This document shows, piece after piece, positions 37,569-51,182 of a stretch of 64,000 bases of DNA. Source of the stretch: Tricharina praecox (taxonomy: Eukaryota). A program made the position numbers and the translations under genes. Location of the stretch: positions 62,001 to 126,000 of the forward strand of contig NW_026250404.1 in assembly GCF_024521635.1 (NCBI RefSeq), read 5' to 3'. Below the pieces are notes generated by a model, which made no database searches, had not been told where the DNA came from, and saw nothing but the letters and a program-made list of their open reading frames with translations. Numbering within the stretch: the first letter of the stretch is position 1; each line of letters opens with the position of its first letter.

Positions 37569-40500
37569 GTCACGCTTCGTATTACATAAGTGGAATTGAA
37601 CGAGACTTGATACATAACTCGGGAACTTCAATGAAACTCCCGGCAAAGCCTCGCGATCTCCATTAATCCTCACGCACCTACTACTCTGGGTAATTTCAGT
37701 TTTACCACTGACCGGAAACCGCTGGTCAAGCCGAACATCTACCCGGTAGATCTCTAATCTTAAGGATCCTGGGGTGAAGCCTCGGCAATTTTCCCTCATT
37801 CCATGAGACAGGACTACTCTTCTATTCGGTGTTGTCTCATCTCGTCTCGTCTGGTCTCGTGCTCACTGTTCGGCTCAAAGTGGGCTCGGCGTCGGGGTGG
37901 CGGTGCCATGTGGTCGGCGTCATGGATTCTGGCTCGCGTTGGAGCTGGAGTAGCAAGGTGGTGGTGGTGAGATTTACTTTTCCTATGTTTGTAGGGCACG
38001 AGCGTAGACGGAAAGAGAGGGGGACGTGATTGCCACGTCGAGCTGAACATTTGGGCTTTGAATAGAGTAGAGCCGGGGGGAAGTACGCCGCCGGTATATG
38101 TAGTCTAGACACCGTACCTAGGCTGTGACCCAAACAAACAGCTTCCTAGGCCACAAAGATCGTTTCATCCTAGTTGCTAAACACGCTGCACACTTGTCGT
38201 GGCATCTTCACAGCGGCTGTGGCGTTGGTATCTGTGGGGGTACGTACAGTAGCAAAAAGTGGGGTGCGATTGATACGGGAAGAATACCGCGGTCATTTGA
38301 ATACGGAAGAATTACTAGATTTTTATTCAATACGTATGCCTACTTTTAGAAACGTCTAAAGAAAACGTATTTTCATAAAGACAGGAGCTGTACCGTCTTT
38401 TCCACATCATGTATCGAAAATTAACATCTCATCTATAGACAACGAGAGTTCTACAGTGGTGCAATGCACTGCGTAATTATATCAAGCGTGTAGTTGTAGG
38501 TCCGTCATACAAACAAGACTGCATGCTTGGTCAATTTCGGTAGTACTACGTGGTTTTCGGCCGGATGGCTGCGGTATCACTACTGAAAGACTTCCGTGCT
38601 TGCAGAAATTGGTGCTCACCAGTACTTTAGGGTCCGTACAATGCGATCTTCTGGAGTATCAGTGGGGCTTGGTAGATGCAGTAGCATAACAGATATGCAG
38701 ACGGCTCCTTTACCAACACCCCTCCAGCCCGGCGGTGGGGTCGAGAGGAGTTCACACACTTCATCTCGCCGACAGCTCCTCCCCACGCCAACAGCTTCTC
38801 CATAACTTCCTCCCCTCACTGAAAGCTCCACCTCTCACATGTACCAGTGGGGTGGTTCAAGGGGCGGTCTGTATTGTTACTGACAACGGGGGATTACCGG
38901 TAGTATTAAAATCCGTCGTGACAGCGGTGCTAGTAGCAGGTAGGCCGCATGTTCTTTGTCATTACCGTATGTAATCGACAGGAGCGGGCTATGGACTGAC
39001 TTTGCCAAACTACTGTCGAGCGATTTTAGGATACCCGAACGACGATCAAGAAGTGAGGCAGAGTAAGGGCGGGAACTCGGAACCGCTCTACTAGGTATAC
39101 ACCAGCGAGATGAGGTTTTTTCAGGCGAATGTGCTTCACACACGTACATATGCAAACGTGCTGATATACTATGACGAAGACCGCAGTCGTCCATTCAGGG
39201 CCTAGACGTCTGCCGGTCCACAACACTTTCAGGATTGATATCGTCTTGTCCTGACAGCACACACAAGACGGAAGGGATGCCCCCGGTTGTCATCCCTACC
39301 GTAGAGGAGGCAATCACTTGTCCGGACTGTAGAGCAGTACTACGGTATTCGGTGATCCGGCAACATCACCAGGATTCCGTCTCAGGCATTGGATGGGTGG
39401 CTTATCCAGGAGTCCGACTATCATCACACTCATGATTCTCGGAGTGGCTGAAATGATAGATGGGTCCAGGTATTCGGTCTCACGCACGGATATAGGTATG
39501 ATACGGTTGACTGGATATCGATGGACTACTGCCTTCCATAAAAACCAGGCTGTTGGTTGAGTGTTCAGATGAGCAATTTCGAGAGTCGAGACTCGTTCTG
39601 AACGGCTGATCACGCTGTGATGTCACTAGAAACAAAAGGCCGTCACCTCAGACCTGGTAGAAGCTGTGAAATCTCAATGGAGGGGCGGAAAGGTGTAATG
39701 ATTCCGGCCATAGGCCTCATCCTCCACAAAACACTGTCGATAACTTTTTCAGTTTGTCAAGCGCATGGCGTCGGCTCCATTTCTGTCTACTACCTCCGAT
39801 CTATAATATCCGACCAGGCGTAGTTGCTGTCTCCCCACCTCCGAGCTTTCTAGGACGGATCGAACGCACTGTTGGTATCCTTGAGATAGTGGCCTCCGAA
39901 GAAGTGGTTAGTACGGCAGGTAGAGCTGCAACGGCCTCTATCTTGGTATGCACATTGGGCTACTAGTAATTGATGAGACACAGCAATACCGGTACCTTCA
40001 TTAAATTTGCCAACTTCCTACGTTGCGAACATGTACATAAAGAAGGCCATCGTCCGTTGGGACCATAGTCCTTTGGGCGGGCCAACGATGGAGGTTCAGG
40101 CCAAGACCATCTGATGGACTCCGATTTCCTCCACAGCGAAGTTCGAACATTTCCTGCTTCGAGCTACCTACCTAATTGTGCTAGGTATCGTGCTGCCATC
40201 AACCGACACTGGGAACGACTTTGATTTCCCCATCCTAACTAAAGTACAAAACACGAGCGTCAGTGGCAGCTCGGGTTCGAGGACATATGATACAAATCAC
40301 CGAAGCTAATGATTTAGAAATTAGGCCTACTTTGCGCAGCAACTCGGTATGAACATCACCCCGCATTTCGAGTGATACATACCTGGTGGGAATAATGTTC
40401 GGCCGAGTTGATTAGTTACGATATTCCTCCATCCTCGTATCACTTATGTGAATGGTTTGGAATGGCATAGCCTTATAATGAGCCAGCTGAAGTATGAAGA

Positions 40501-41628
40501 AGCGAAACGGTCGGAGATAAAGAATGTAATCGGGCAGTGCGCGGTCGTGTTTCGGGGCTGCGGCGAATCCTTCACGGAGAGCTCCGTGCGGGTTCGTGTG
40601 TTCCCGTCTCCATAGCCCCGCGCCTCAGCTGTGCCGCGGGATCCGGGACTCAAATACTAGGTAAGCATATACGCATGTGCATGTGGCTGCAGTGGCTGTG
40701 CGGATCCGAGTGACAAATAGTGCTCAGTCCGAGACTCCCGGCCAATTCAATCCAGCACCTGTGTACTCCGAAATCCATTGGATACTTTATGTACCTACGC
40801 TACATGGCCCCAGCTCCAGCGCGCGTCCCTCGGCGTGACTTCATTTCCCCCCTCCGAATGCGGAGGGTCGGTCCGGACCGTAACGCTGGGGCTTGAGTTT
40901 TGCCGTGATTACCGAGACCCCAACCGACTTCGTGGCGGCAGCGGAGGGAGACGGGGGTCTACAATCTACTGCATTGCACTGCCAGTGCGAGATGGTTGGG
41001 CGCCGCCCCTGCTGCGGAATACCGGTAGGTTCCCAGCACCCAGCAGTTGCGTAGTTACAGTCTTGCAGACAATAGTCGCTGGCAGCTGTCGGTGCCCCAG
41101 AACCGGCCGCGCATGCGTGCCACGATTCGTCGACTTCATATTTTCTCTTCACGTTCACTTCAACCGGAGGATTCCTTGGTATTTGCTGTAAAGTTATGAC
41201 GTGTGGCCAGCTACGAGCTGCCTGTAGAGTAACTCTGTGGAACTGCTTCCGTGCAGAGTGGAAGGAATCGCGATCGGCGAATGAAGAACTTGGCAATGCT
41301 TGTTTTACAGGCCAGACAGGGGCTGCGTCCCGTCCACCCTTGGACCAGTCGGACAGATAGCAGGCTCATCGCAAGGTATCTGTATGTAGAGTACGTGTAT
41401 GTGTGTGTGCGCAGCCCGACCTGCTTCATCGGCCGTTACTACCTATATTGCATTCCGTCATCCTACCGCCCTCGACGAGATACCTATATCCCCCGTCCCA
41501 TCCTGTCCGCAGCTTTGCAAAAATAAATAAACGGAAGGAAGGAAGGAAGGAAGTTCAGTCTCGCCTTGACATCTCACCTACCTAGCTTCGAATAACCTAA
41601 TACCTACCTCCTGCAGACTCCAAGCTCA

Positions 41629-43239
41629 ATGCGTATGTTTACCCCCCGTGCACGGTAGATGCGGTGACGGTGATAAACTGACATTCTCAGATCGAATCCG
41701 ACGAGCAGCAACCAGCGCCAGTCGCGGCGAACGAGCCAGTCCCCTCCGCTTTTTCGGTCGTCGAACCGGAACAATCTCGCAGGATCAATTAAACATCGAC
41801 ACGCCTATATCCTCCCGGCCTGGCTCGCATCGCGCAAATACTTTGACGAGGGAGGCGGGAGGCGTAAATGGAAAGAAACCTCTCACCATCGCTGGACAGC
41901 TGCGGACTTGTCTTTTCAAATGGATCAATATCCTCCTCCTGTTTGTGCCGGTGGGCATCGCCACGTATTATGCTGGTGTTGATCCGTTAGTATTCTCGTT
42001 CCGGCCTATCTCCCTGGATAGGAGCTGATGTATGTGTCTGACAGCACCATCGTCTTCGTCCTAAATTTCATAGCCATCATCCCCCTCGCGGCCCTACTCT
42101 CCTCCGGAACCGAAGAAGTCGCCCTATACAGCGGCGAAGTGATCGGCGGGCTGCTGAACGCGACATTCGGCAACGCGGTCGAGCTGATCGTGTCGATACT
42201 GGCGCTGATCAAGCGTGAGATCGTGATCGTGCAGACCTCTCTCATCGGCAGCATCCTCAGCAACCTCCTGCTAGTGCTCGGAATGGCCTTCATCGCCGGC
42301 GGATGGAACCGGAGCGAGCAGAAGTTCAACACGACGATCGCGCAGACCGCCGCGAGCATGCTCACCGTCAGCTGCGCGAGTCTGATCGTGCCTACGGCGT
42401 TCCACATGGCCAGCTCGACCGATACCGACGTCGGCATCGCACCCCTGTCCCGTGGCACCAGCGTCATCCTCCTCGTCGTCTATGCGAGCTACCTCGTGTT
42501 CCAGCTGAAGACGCACGAGCACCTGTACTCGACAAAGTCCGAAAAGACGCCGAAGGAAAAGCTGCTGCGCCGCCGGAACAAGGAGGTGCCGCTCGCGCCA
42601 TGCCCCGAGCCGCGCACCGAGGAATCCCTGACCGAAGCCGAGGAGGAGGAGGCAGAAGACGAGCCCGAAGAGCCGGAACTGACGATCCTCTTCGCAGTGG
42701 GGCTGCTGATCGCCTCCACCGTCCTCGTCGCGATCTGTGCCGAATGTCTAGTCTCGAGCATCGACCACCTAGTCGAGAGCTCCGGGATCTCGCGCGTGTT
42801 CGTGGGCCTCATCCTCCTGCCGATCGTTGGCAACGCGGCGGAGCACGCCACCGCCGTCACCGTCGCCGTCAAGGACAAGATGGACCTCTCGATTGGCGTG
42901 GCGGTCGGGAGCAGTATGCAGATTGCCCTCCTTGTCATCCCCGTTATGGTCATCCTTGGCTGGTGCATGGGCATCGAGGAGATGAATCTGTACTTTGATG
43001 GGTTCCAGGTTATGATCCTGTTTGTCAGCGTCCTGCTGGTCAACTACCTCATCCAGGACGGGAAGAGTAATTACTTGGAGGGAAATTTGCTGGTGGCCTT
43101 GTATTTGATTATTGCGTAAGCCCTCACTCCCTCCCTCTCACCGATGTCCCGGCCTCACCACTGACATTTAACGAATAGTCTCGCGAGTTGGTTCTACCCC
43201 AAAGAAGGCGCTCTAGCAGGAGCGATGGAGAAGAAGTAG
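41629..43239 (+). CDS. vcx1: Vacuolar Ca2+/H+ exchanger (CAX/Vcx1 family)
   Basis: Alpha-repeat motifs GGLLNATFGNAVE and LPIVGNAAEH, an acidic loop, AVGSSMQIAL and DGKSNYLEG. Exons 41629-41632 (ATGC), 41691-41985, 42045-43115 and 43179-43239. The first micro-exon is inferred. Confidence 0.92.
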
Positions 43240-45586
43240 GTATGTAATCGGGCTGCTTCAAGTTTGTGGATGGACGGATGGGATTGTACATAAACGGGGA
43301 TATGACGAGATGTCTCCACACTTACGGCCGTGTTTTTTCTTCCTTTTCTTCACGATATCTGTATTTTGCTACTTTAGCGTTCTTTGTACAACATATATAT
43401 CATACCTATGTGGATGTAATCAATTTGGAGACAATTCAAGACATTCAAGATATGTAACTAGATTCGTGTGGAGGCCGGTTTTCTTATGTAGGTACCCCAC
43501 ATCTGAGCTGCCCCTCAAGCTTCAACCCGAGCAGCTGTGATTTCCACGGGTATGTTGTACCAGACATGTACCTACAAGCTTCAACAACCCCACAGCGGCC
43601 CCATAGTCTCAGCAATGTACGTAGACAAATACTCCGAAAGGCCTTGCTTCCTTCCTTCTAGAACAACATCCGGATTACTCGATAAGCGAGCACGATAAGC
43701 GAGGTCTAACGGCCCGTATGATGCGTGAAATGGACGGATCTTGCCGTGTCGAGTGTCGAGCGTCGAGTGTCCACAATTTGCCGTTTTTTTCGGTGAAGTT
43801 GAGTGCAAGACTCGAGGCTTAGAGTCATCGGGTTGATCTTGTTGGGTTACCGTTACCGTTACCGGTGGAGGAGGAAGAACAAGAGGAGGAAGAGGATATT
43901 GACCCTGACTCCTCGTCCAAGGCCCGCCGACTCGGTCCGGGATTCGGCGCTCGGCGTGCTCGGCGTCTCGGCGTGCTGTGCGGTGCTGCACGGTGCCTAC
44001 CCCCCCGGATCCGGGACCCGGGATCTGCCAGCATCCAGACCGCCCAGCCCGAGCGGTGCCCAGCGGAGTCCAGCTTGGCCGAGTCCACCCAGCCCATCCT
44101 GCAGCTTTCCCCCGGTCCCCGGGCCGTGGCCAAGTGTTTCACTGCCATCTCGCGGAGGCCAAGGCAGAGGCACTGTCGGACCGATCCGATCGGATATTTG
44201 TAGTGAGCCGGTACTTCCCTACTACATCAATTGCATACTGTACACCTTCGCTGCTGTGCGGGTGTGTACTTCCCGTGCACCAATGTAGGTACCGTATGTA
44301 CGGTAGGTATGCTCCACGGCCCATCGCAGACGTATATACCGTAACTTCGTTCGCACTGTCTGAACATCGGTATGTACCCGTACCTAGGTGAATCCTATTC
44401 CGGCCCGGCCTATCGATCCGTTGACCCGAAGATGAGCTCCGCTTTCTCAAGGATAGTTGATAGTTGACGTGATTACAACCTGCAAGCCATTGCTCTTCTC
44501 GTTGAAAAGCCACCGTCGTCACCCGTCACTCGTCACTCGTCCCAGATATTGCATATTTGACATACCTAGTGGTAATATGTGCACGCCTCGAAAATCCCGT
44601 TTATTCCCATATCCCTTGCTTCCGCTTCCGCTTCCGCTTCTGTTTCTGTCTGGTACCGGTATGTCTAGAGTAGCCAGCTGGCCATCCGTCGAGTTCTGCG
44701 AAATCAAGCAGCTTAAAGTCTGAAACATCACACTCACACTCATATTTCCAACACAGGTAAGTCAAAAAAGTAAAACCGAGTGATACCCATGATCCTCCTT
44801 TCGCCTTTAGCCCTTTGCAGACGTCTCGATATTCCTGTTCCGTCACCGGCATCACCACCATCCATCGTCCATAGCCCGCAAGGGCGCCCCCTTCGGCGAA
44901 TGGAAACGCCGACTCCGAGAATCCTATGTACTATCCTACTATCCAGCAGCGCCACAGGGAACATCCCTCCACCCCCCTTCACCCCCCTCCACCGCCAGCA
45001 GGGCCAGCACTAATGTTTCCCCCTAGCCTAGGCTCTACTTACGCGTCCGCTTGAGAGAGAGAGAACCAACTTCCAAGGCAGACAGCTAGAGTAGAGTAGC
45101 ATAGGCTTCCGTGTCGGAGTAATCCTCCTCCGCTCCACGCTCCGCGCCCCGGAGGCCGAAGCCCGAGCGACGAGTGACGAGTGACGAGTGATATCAAAAC
45201 AGTAGTTAGATAACGTTAAAGGTATTATTCTCATATCGACAAACAGCCCATCTATTGCAGCGAAAAAACGAAGGAAAAAAAAGAAGGAAAAAAAAAGAAA
45301 CATCAGTACCCATTTGCAATACAGAGGGATATCTCGTACGCTCATTCCTTCCTTCCATCCATCCTTCCATCCTTCCTTCCTTCCTTCCGTCGTCAATTCA
45401 ATATCGAAACACATCACCGCATCACATCACCGCATCGCAAATGACCTCCAACGAAACGAAACGAAAGCGGGAAAACAGGCAAAGAATAACGATAAACTCC
45501 ATCCCCCGCCCCTCAATGCATCGAGCAACAGTGGTATATATAAAAATAAAAGGGAAACGAAGACCGAGACGAAATGTGAGTTTTGT

Positions 45587-46837
45587 TTAGGAGCGGGCGT
45601 AGCCACAGTTCGGTCGGGGCTTATCCGCGCGAATGAGCCACAGGAAGATGTCCTCGAGCGGCACCAAGACCATGAAGATGCGGTTGCAGAGCAATGCAGC
45701 GGCAGCGGTGAACACGGCGACAACGGCGTCGAGGTAGTAATGGTTGGCGGTGGCGACGATGGTGGTCAGGATACCGAGGGGGTAGAGCACGCCAAACACG
45801 CAGAGCGACCACTTCCAGATCTTGGCGCTGCGGTTCTCATAGCCCAGTCCCGCCCACCGGAAGGCACCGGCATGGTACAGACACGTGGTGCCGATGATGA
45901 AGGCGTAGCCGAAGTGCATGCTGGGCATCGCGGCGAGGTGGTTCACGAACTTGCCCGACATCCACACGCTCTCGGCGTCGTCGCGGCGGACGGTGTCGAC
46001 GAATCCGTACTCCTTGGGGAGCAGTCGCGGCGGCATGCACGGGTACGACGTGAAGATGGCGAAGGCCGTCAGGTTGCACAACGTCATGGTGCGGCGGACC
46101 TTGGCGAAGATGGCATGGTTGGGCGCAGCGTAGTAGTACCAGGCCATGAAGTAGACCGTGCCGGGGATGTGGATCAACGCGTAAGCTTTGTTGAAGAAGG
46201 TCAATAGTTCGGCGTGGCCCTCCAAGAACCAATGCTGCACACTGAGCTCCGGCACGGGGAAGAAGAAGCGGAAGATGGAGAATTGCTCGAACTCGAGGAT
46301 GGCCAGTCCGTGCGACTGTGCCAGGTCCCAGATCGAGTCGGAGAAGAGAGCCTGGGACATGATGTGCGTGAGCCGGTAGACAAAGTACGTGACGATCCAG
46401 TAGAACATCTCTATGAAGAACGGGAACTTATAGAGCATGCGCGAGTGCCAGTTGTTGGCGAACTGCGACGTGTTGGGCGTCAGGATTGTAGTGCCGCAGA
46501 ATGGCCGCCGCTTAGACGATGCATGCTTGGATGTGGTGGCGAAGTAGTCGGAGTCCGTGTCGTCCTCTTCGTACTTCAGCGTCTCGTCCTGCCCTATTGT
46601 GTCTTGCGACGAATTCGAGTCTTGGTCCAACAGCGCGTACCGTGACGACTGCTTGCCGGATACGTTGAAATTGCGTCGTCGAGTGTAGAAGCAGGCGCCG
46701 AAGAGGATGCTCGCAACGATAACGGGCTCGGCCCAGCCGGGCAGCTTCCACGCCGGGTCACTACCCCATTCGGGAGGCGCCGAGGCGAGCGGTGTCGGTG
46801 TGGTGGTGGTGGCGGTGGTTCCGAATGTGGAGTCCAT
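45587..46837 (-). CDS. PAP2_3-family integral membrane protein (Aur1/Ipt1-related lipid phosphotransferase superfamily)
   Basis: Intronless 416-aa ORF with several TM segments. Motifs YPCMPPRL, LAAMPSMHFG and VATANHYYLDAV. Confidence 0.85.
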   Translation of the reverse strand: MDSTFGTTATTTTPTPLASAPPEWGSDPAWKLPGWAEPVIVASILFGACFYTRRRNFNVSGKQSSRYALLDQDSNSSQDTIGQDETLKYEEDDTDSDYFATTSKHASSKRRPFCGTTILTPNTSQFANNWHSRMLYKFPFFIEMFYWIVTYFVYRLTHIMSQALFSDSIWDLAQSHGLAILEFEQFSIFRFFFPVPELSVQHWFLEGHAELLTFFNKAYALIHIPGTVYFMAWYYYAAPNHAIFAKVRRTMTLCNLTAFAIFTSYPCMPPRLLPKEYGFVDTVRRDDAESVWMSGKFVNHLAAMPSMHFGYAFIIGTTCLYHAGAFRWAGLGYENRSAKIWKWSLCVFGVLYPLGILTTIVATANHYYLDAVVAVFTAAAALLCNRIFMVLVPLEDIFLWLIRADKPRPNCGYARS

Positions 46838-49800
46838 GGGTGAGGCGGTATTAAGTATTAGGTTTGTTTTAGGGGAGTTCTAGTATTCTGTGCGCTTTCA
46901 ATGTTGATTAGAGGTGAATCGAGGAGAGAACGCAGGGACGTAGAGAACCAAAGAGAGGGCTTACAGTTGGACGGGTGGCGGACGTTGCAATGAGTGGATG
47001 AGGAAGACGCGGTCGTGTGCTGAGTCGTGTACCACTATACCACTAGGGATGTATGTACCGAAGTTCGACTCTCGCCAATCCAGGCGGTAACAAGGTGCAA
47101 AGTGGGTTTGGTCGGGAGGTGGGAGGGATATCGATGGAAAACACGAGTCTTGGGTCCTCGCAAAGACGGTGGTAGTAATGGTGGATCGAAGGAAAGAGGA
47201 GGAAGAGTGCCAAAATGAAAAAGGGGAGGGGGAGGCGGAGGTGGTGGTGGTGGTGGTGGAGTGAAGACAGGGAGAGTCAGCACCAGTAGGTACCAGCACC
47301 AGCATCAGCACCCAGCACCGGCCGGGACCAGCAGACGTTAGAGTAGATTGGGAAATCTGGACGACAGGCAACGCTCTGGTGACTGAACAACCGAACACAG
47401 GGCACAGCACGAGCCGTCCAGCGCAGCAATAAAAATGGCCAAGTGTTTCAGGCCGGCGTCTCTCCCGATGCCAAGCTGGAGATTCATCACACACGCCGTT
47501 GGCCCCTAACCAAGTATGCATAACACCGGTACAGACACACAATCGCATCCGTGGGAATACCTCTCTCCGGCTGGCTGATCCGCAGGCTGGGGGGGATGAA
47601 CCAGATAGTTACATATCTACCTATCTGCGCACGCCCAGGATTGGGGCGTTCCGAGACCGAATAGAGTTGAAGATTGGATTCTCAGGGTTCACGCCGACAT
47701 CGTGGCTTTTTTCCCCACGCCGAGCTTCGTGCGGGGGCGGGGCGGTTGATCTCGTGTCTTGACTCTTCTTGGTACACGAGCAGGAAGCATGTACTCGTCG
47801 ATACATACATAATGATTTGCACTGAGACGTCCAACGTTTTCTGCTCCGGCCACCACCACCACCACCAACCACGCGCGTGAACTTCACGATCTGTTGCTGG
47901 ACATGTTCTAACTTCTTGCCCGATTTCGATAGGACGCGAGCGTGACGTTAGCCAGCAAGCTGTGAACTCTTTTTTTCTTTTCCGGCCGCCGGTAACTGCC
48001 CTAGAGTAACTACTCTGCTATAGAGCACATTTGGAGTAGAGCTTCTCAGTGACGCGCTTACTTTCGTTCCATAAGGCCTGGTGGCACTGCTCGGAGCGGG
48101 AAAGCTGCCTTCCGTGGAAGCCCTAGTGGAGCTATCATAGTCTTGAGTTTGATGTGTGCTACCTAGAGTACTCGCGTGCCTGTCTTTGACCTGTTCGTGA
48201 GCGCGACTGGATAGCGTTACTCTAGTGACTCCGTACCCTACTTCTGTGTAGTAGTAGATAGTAGCAGTTATCGATATCTACCACCTCCGTGCGAACTCTT
48301 CAGCGGCAAGTATGTAATTCCAAATTCCGTTTTCATCCTAGGTACCTTCACATAGTAGGTACCGCGCATACCTCCTATTAGGCCTTTCGAGCCGGGTATA
48401 TACGAGCATGAACACGAGCACGAGAAACAGAACAGAACGTTCCATGGACAGACATAGAGTACATAAATTCGACGTGTAGGACAACTCTGCACATAACTAT
48501 GCGGCGGGATGGTGGATCATCTGCAATATCTATCCAAATCGACAGGGGAACCGGCGGTCGGTGGTCGGTGGATACGAGGTGAGATACATTGAGTGAGGCT
48601 GAGCGCGCATGGGATGGCCTGCGCTCGCCTGCACGTGCTTAACTATGGTTCGGATACTCAGAACGACTCGTTCGACAGCCAAGTGTCAAATCGGGACTTC
48701 ACCTCGTGATCGATGGGGATGAGGCTCGCGGCGACGAGCGAACCCATCCATCATCATCCATCATCATCACCATCACCACCACTAAAGAGCCCGCAACTTG
48801 AAAATCGCAGATCCAGGATGAGGCTATTATCTATAGTTAAGGATCCACCTACTCTACGGTGCACCCGAAGGCTGAAGCGCGTAAAGCACCCCCCGCACAT
48901 CCATCTCCACATTCACCAGTTCGAAAACCGCATTCGGATCGCATTCACCTCCTCCTCCATCAATGCCCCCTCCCCACACACGCACGCATGCTGATCAGGC
49001 CTTCCAGTCCACCAAAAACCTGGTCACCGCGGATGTCGAGTGATATCTTGTTAACCCATGAGCACGATTGCACTCGTGTGGGCCCCCAGCCTAGTTCTGG
49101 AAGCGCGGTCGAGAAGGAACGCTCCAAGGATGCGGTTGGCACTCGACGTGCTCGAGCTCGAGCTCGTTCCGTTGATATGGATCTATCCACACTGACATTG
49201 TCCCCGGCCCCGCAGCAACGAATGCACAAACATACCTACAGCGGTGTCCTGCCATTGGGGGGATTCGTACTCGTACTCGTACGTACATACAGAGGTTCGA
49301 CAGTCGTGTGTTATCGAGAGAGAAGCGCCGAGCGGTCGATAAGTGTCGGTAGGTATGGTTCCTCTGGACTCTGCCCTCTGGAGGAGCCTCGGGAATCCAG
49401 ACGGCAGCCAGCAGGAGCTCGAAGCCTGAAGGAAGCGTATGGTCACTATAATGGGCGCGGTGTGCGGGGTACAGGTAAGTATCCTGTTTCGGGGCCGGAT
49501 CCGCACCTATGTAGTAGGATCGGCGGTGATATTCGGCGGTACCATTCGAATTTCGGCAACCACCACACACTGCACAGAGTATGCATCCCTACTGTGCATA
49601 CCGTGCATACTGTGCATACATTTATCAGTGATCACCGTATCACTATTCATTTAGCCGTGCACCGCCTCAACTTTCAAGGCTCAGCGACCACAGCCCACAG
49701 CCCATTCCGGCACCGTCCGCCCGCCCGCGCATCGAGAGTTGAGAGTCGAGACTCGTGATGTGACATCCGGATACCTACATACATGTAACATACCTGATAT

Positions 49801-51182
49801 AATACCTAGTACAGTGGTACATGCTAGATCTCGACGCGACCATCCGCCACCCACAGTTCCAACCAGTCCATGTCCTTATCCTCATCCCATCGCCATCAAA
49901 TCCGCGAGACGAAGGAAAGTAAATCTCGGCGGGAGTCCGCGCGGTTTACTTTATTGTATGCATACCAGTACCTACACCGGGGCAATCTCTTGGAAGTTGA
50001 AGGATCAACGGTGGAGGATCAACGGTGAAGGATTAACGGTAGGGATGGAAATTGGAATGGAAGGGATGAAACGGAAAGGATGAAACGGGAAGGGAGTACG
50101 TACCTCGTACATACATCATATATGACACACATCACATGAATGCAGAAGTAAGTACGGATGGAGGCCAGACGACGACTGACGACGGACGAGCCGTGATGGA
50201 CGACGGAGTGCTGGAACTTGGAAGTAACAAGTTGCGGTGGGCCGTGAAATATTGCCGCCGTGAAACACCTGGCTGAGGGGCATGTCCATACCTAGTAGAC
50301 TGTGGAGTACCTACATGCATATCGGAATAGTCGAGTTTATGTAGATATTGTTTCCGAAATCATTGCTTTCCCGTATGTACGTAGGGGCGGTCCAAATTAA
50401 CACGCCGCGCGCATACGCACATAATATCACTCCCCCCCCTTCTCCCCGCATTGTACTTCCGTGCCATCTCCATCGCCAGTGCAGTGTACACCTCTATACG
50501 AGCGATATCCAGCCGGACTCGATCGTGTTCGGAGTCCCATCCCGAGCAAAGCAAAGTAAAGCAAGACCTCTGTCGAATCTGCCAAATCATGATAAGTCAC
50601 TCGAGGACGCTGGGCCCGAAGGCTGACAGGCAGATGTCAGATGATGACGGGTGATCGACGGCCTGCTGCGTTCTACTTAGTGACATATGGACTATATACG
50701 CGTACCGCGCTGTGATGACTGAATATTTCGAGGGAAACTCCGTTGTCCGGTGGAGTTGATGGCTTCGTGGTGGAGTAGAAGATGGGCAGTGGGGACGATG
50801 GAGGGACTCTAGTATGTAGCATCAAGGTCCTCCGGTAAAGATGCTTGGCAGTAGCCGTGTGATTAACGTCATGCTAAAGTATACGCTATATGTAGCCAGT
50901 GCTATGTGCGTGCAAGAAATCACTCGTTCGGGAGAGGTATGGTCGGACCCGGTGTTCTGCGGCGGAGCCACCAACGGATCACTTGAGCGTTGCAGACATA
51001 TGGACAGAAGCGATAGAGGACGGAGACATTCATTTATTGTAGAAAACACATCAGAAAAAAACAGAAGCAAATCACGACTAGTAGTTTAAGTTATAGAGTA
51101 AGAAAAAAAAGACAAGACAGAAAAAGCCTAGCCCGCCTCCTTCCCTTCACCCATTTCCTCCACAGAGGTACCTGAACGACAT

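Noticed and set aside
38500..40300. Possible decayed pseudogene on the minus strand
   Set aside because: Only short ORF fragments and no motif I can recognise; needs BLASTX.
48859..49758. 299-aa ORF starting at GTG
   Set aside because: No domain, no coding-like composition, includes simple repeats; likely intergenic.
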